Shown piece after piece: positions 62,501 to 64,000 of a stretch of DNA of 64,000 bases. The position numbers and the translations under genes are program-made. The DNA lies in the NCBI GenBank assembly GCA_002633005.1, contig NMRA01000168.1, positions 375,129-439,128 of the forward strand, written 5' to 3'. The number at the start of each line of letters is the position of its first letter. Position 1 is the stretch's first letter. Under the pieces are notes generated by a model, which was given only the letters and a program-made list of their open reading frames with translations, was not told the DNA's origin and made no database searches. The stretch is from Phoronis australis (Eukaryota; Animalia; Phoronida).

Positions 62501-63914
62501 AGTTTTTTTACAATCTCTTTTGTTCGAGTTGGAAAGAATTAGAGACATCGATGGCCTCCTAAGGTGTCCCTCTATGCACAAAAGGTATTTATAGTGACGT
62601 GATTTTGATGATTTAGAGTGAGGCATAATTTGTCAAAAAGTTTCTGGCATATGACGCTCCTATAGGAGATCCACCGTCTCTACTGGGGTCAGCTAGAGAC
62701 ACTGGTCATTGTCTACATTAGCAGGTGACAGAAAAAGGATTGGTGGAAATCACCAAAACAGGGTTTAGTATCCTTTTAAAGCATCAGACCTCAGCTGCCA
62801 AATACAGCAATGTTTGCTAGAATAAGTCAACTACTCTTACACTACTTTAGAAAACTGTCAAAATGACAATAAACCAACCTTCCATCACAAAAAATTCAAT
62901 ACAGACGGTCACTTACTGTTAAGAAATTGGTCTTAAATGGATCTTTGATCAAATAAGAAAAAATTTCAGGATTTTGATTCGTTATTGAGCTAAGACCAGG
63001 CTCTAGAAGTAGGCGTCTCATTTTGAGTTGCGAGGAATAACAAACTGCCAGTTCTTAACAAACCAAAAAATCAATTCTCAAAGGAGTTAAGGAACAAGTT
63101 GAGACCAACTTTAAAGCAGTACGTGAACAGCCCTAATAGAAATTGAAAGTCTGCTCCTTGGAAGGAACAAGAGCTTAAAGTTGTTGTTAAATCACATCAC
63201 TTGTGGCTAAGGTTACGCTAATAAAGAGTCTCTAAATCATTTGACCATGGGCAATGGCCATTGCCTGATCGGCTTCACTTGAACACAGAAGATACCTGGT
63301 TTAAGTGCTGCCAATAAATGAATTTTCTATACCGCAATGACATTGGTTTCAAACTGCTTCTGTTGTAGATGTGCTTCCGGTGAATCATATGAGCCTCTGT
63401 TAGCTACTCGCTAACGGGCAATTGCCTATTAGCTGAATGGTTAGCACACTTGCCGGTTTTATGGGGGTCGCTGGTTCGATCCCCGGGTCGGGTAATCTCG
63501 GCTATTACTACACTTCTTTGTCTAGGTGGGATTTCTGGGCTTGGAAGAATTTAGTTGTTATTTCTTCAGACCAGGGTCTTAAAAATTTCAAGTCACGTAA
63601 TGACTAGAAATTTAAGACCTACTGGAAACCAGGAAGCCACCAAGTTCTGACTTACCCAGCTTAGTACATGAATACTATTGTCAAAATAAAGCTGTATATT
63701 TAGTATTCTGCTTTGCACTAAGGCTAGTTAATGGTTATCATTCCATGTCCTGCAGCAAGTACGAAATTGCAAACTCACCGCGCGAGATTCTCCCTGTGCC
63801 CCGACATGTCGGACAGGGAACACTTATTTCTTCATAAACTTGGTCAAAGGTGGACTCCGACGATACTGGATTACTCATGGATTGGCCCTGTATAGCACCT
63901 GCTTCTAAAGACAT
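47599..63914 (-). CDS. TMEM106B: Transmembrane protein 106B-like (type II lysosomal membrane protein), 6 coding exons, 242 aa
   Basis: Exons (minus strand) 63914-63779, 54001-53938, 51985-51808, 49856-49663, 49069-49016 and 47701-47599; GT-AG, phase-consistent, 729 nt. Motifs CPTCRGTGRI, ELVALIPFSDSRLKPRRT, TM segment ...LLLFFLFPRSI, NVTNGNFFAIDV, FC..WVH, TSYLGHQEQV..YQKTSC. Several N-glycosylation sequons. Confidence 0.93.
50270..50500 (+). repeat. Diverged fragment of the HINE monomer family
   Basis: CTGTGCCTCCTAGTAGC, GTTCCTTGACAGAT and GGCGCCATCTAGTGGCCATTTTTATAAC match the 3' part of copy A. Confidence 0.55.
58837..58842 (-). terminator. Candidate intronic polyadenylation signal for the homeodomain exon
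   Basis: AATAAA on the minus strand ~113 nt after the TAA at 58955, followed by a GT/T-rich stretch. Confidence 0.5.
58955..59239 (-). CDS. Terminal exon encoding a divergent SATB-type homeodomain
   Basis: tttcAG|DVPSSGRRVFINAHAKGVLNEFSQRVSSNPDKVALRVLSEALDIQKGAILKYLRKIK... aligns without gaps to the recalled SATB1 homeodomain [50 protein letters not shown]. Phase-0 join to the CUT exon. Confidence 0.78.
   Translation of the reverse strand, partial: DVPSSGRRVFINAHAKGVLNEFSQRVSSNPDKVALRVLSEALDIQKGAILKYLRKIKEQNSQADEGTALEETTGAATSAYYIPENYLENSVNDS
60234..60589 (-). CDS. Exon encoding a SATB-type CUT domain
   Basis: Strong acceptor ccactcccatctcattgcAG (60591-60590) and donor GTAAGT at 60233. [37 protein letters not shown]...LRENL..IEAFL..PQKERRRMY shares [15 protein letters not shown] with the recalled SATB1 CUT1 domain. 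Confidence 0.88.
63361..63512 (+). mobile_element. Solo LTR containing a tRNA-like sequence (Helenus/TRIM-like), copy 2
   Basis: Same TGTTGTAG...TATTACTACA element as 18560-18705, with a different 4-bp TSD, CTTC (63357-63360, 63513-63516). A-box TAGCTGAATGG and B-box GGTTCGATCCC. Confidence 0.82.
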
Positions 63915-64000
63915 TTAACACACGTTTGGTGACGCAACAGACATTCCATAAACACAAGTTTTCTAACCGTACAGCCCATAAACTAACGATATTAATATGT

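Noticed and set aside
63420-63500. Functional tRNA gene (also 18630-18690, 32981-33045, 41410-41480, 43110-43150)
   Set aside because: A/B boxes are present, but there is no clean cloverleaf or anticodon arm, and the sequences sit in repeated elements.

Overview
Intron-rich, AT-rich eukaryotic genomic DNA, most likely from an invertebrate bilaterian (inferred from gene content and transposon families). I assembled four host genes by hand from GT-AG exons: the last two exons of a ZNF622/Rei1-like 60S maturation factor (+, 1691-2470), an intronless CYP2-clan cytochrome P450 (+, 8518-10023), an 8-exon L-galactose-dehydrogenase-like aldo-keto reductase (+, 34227-41997) and a 6-exon TMEM106B-like gene (-, 63914-47599). 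The main finding lies in the first coding intron of TMEM106, on the same strand: two exons encoding a SATB-type CUT domain and a divergent SATB-type homeodomain, followed by their own AATAAA. They have no usable start codon, but they are phase-compatible with TMEM106 coding exon 1, which predicts a TMEM106(CxxCxGxG)-CUT-homeodomain fusion isoform. The intergenic DNA is dense in transposons: tRNA-like solo LTRs with 4-bp TSDs, Helentron-associated (HINE/DINE-1-like) elements whose ~146-bp monomers carry CTCF-like motifs, a composite Kolobok element containing an AcademX fragment, hAT and CR1 remnants, and several MITEs. All homology calls rest on recalled motifs; no database search was run.
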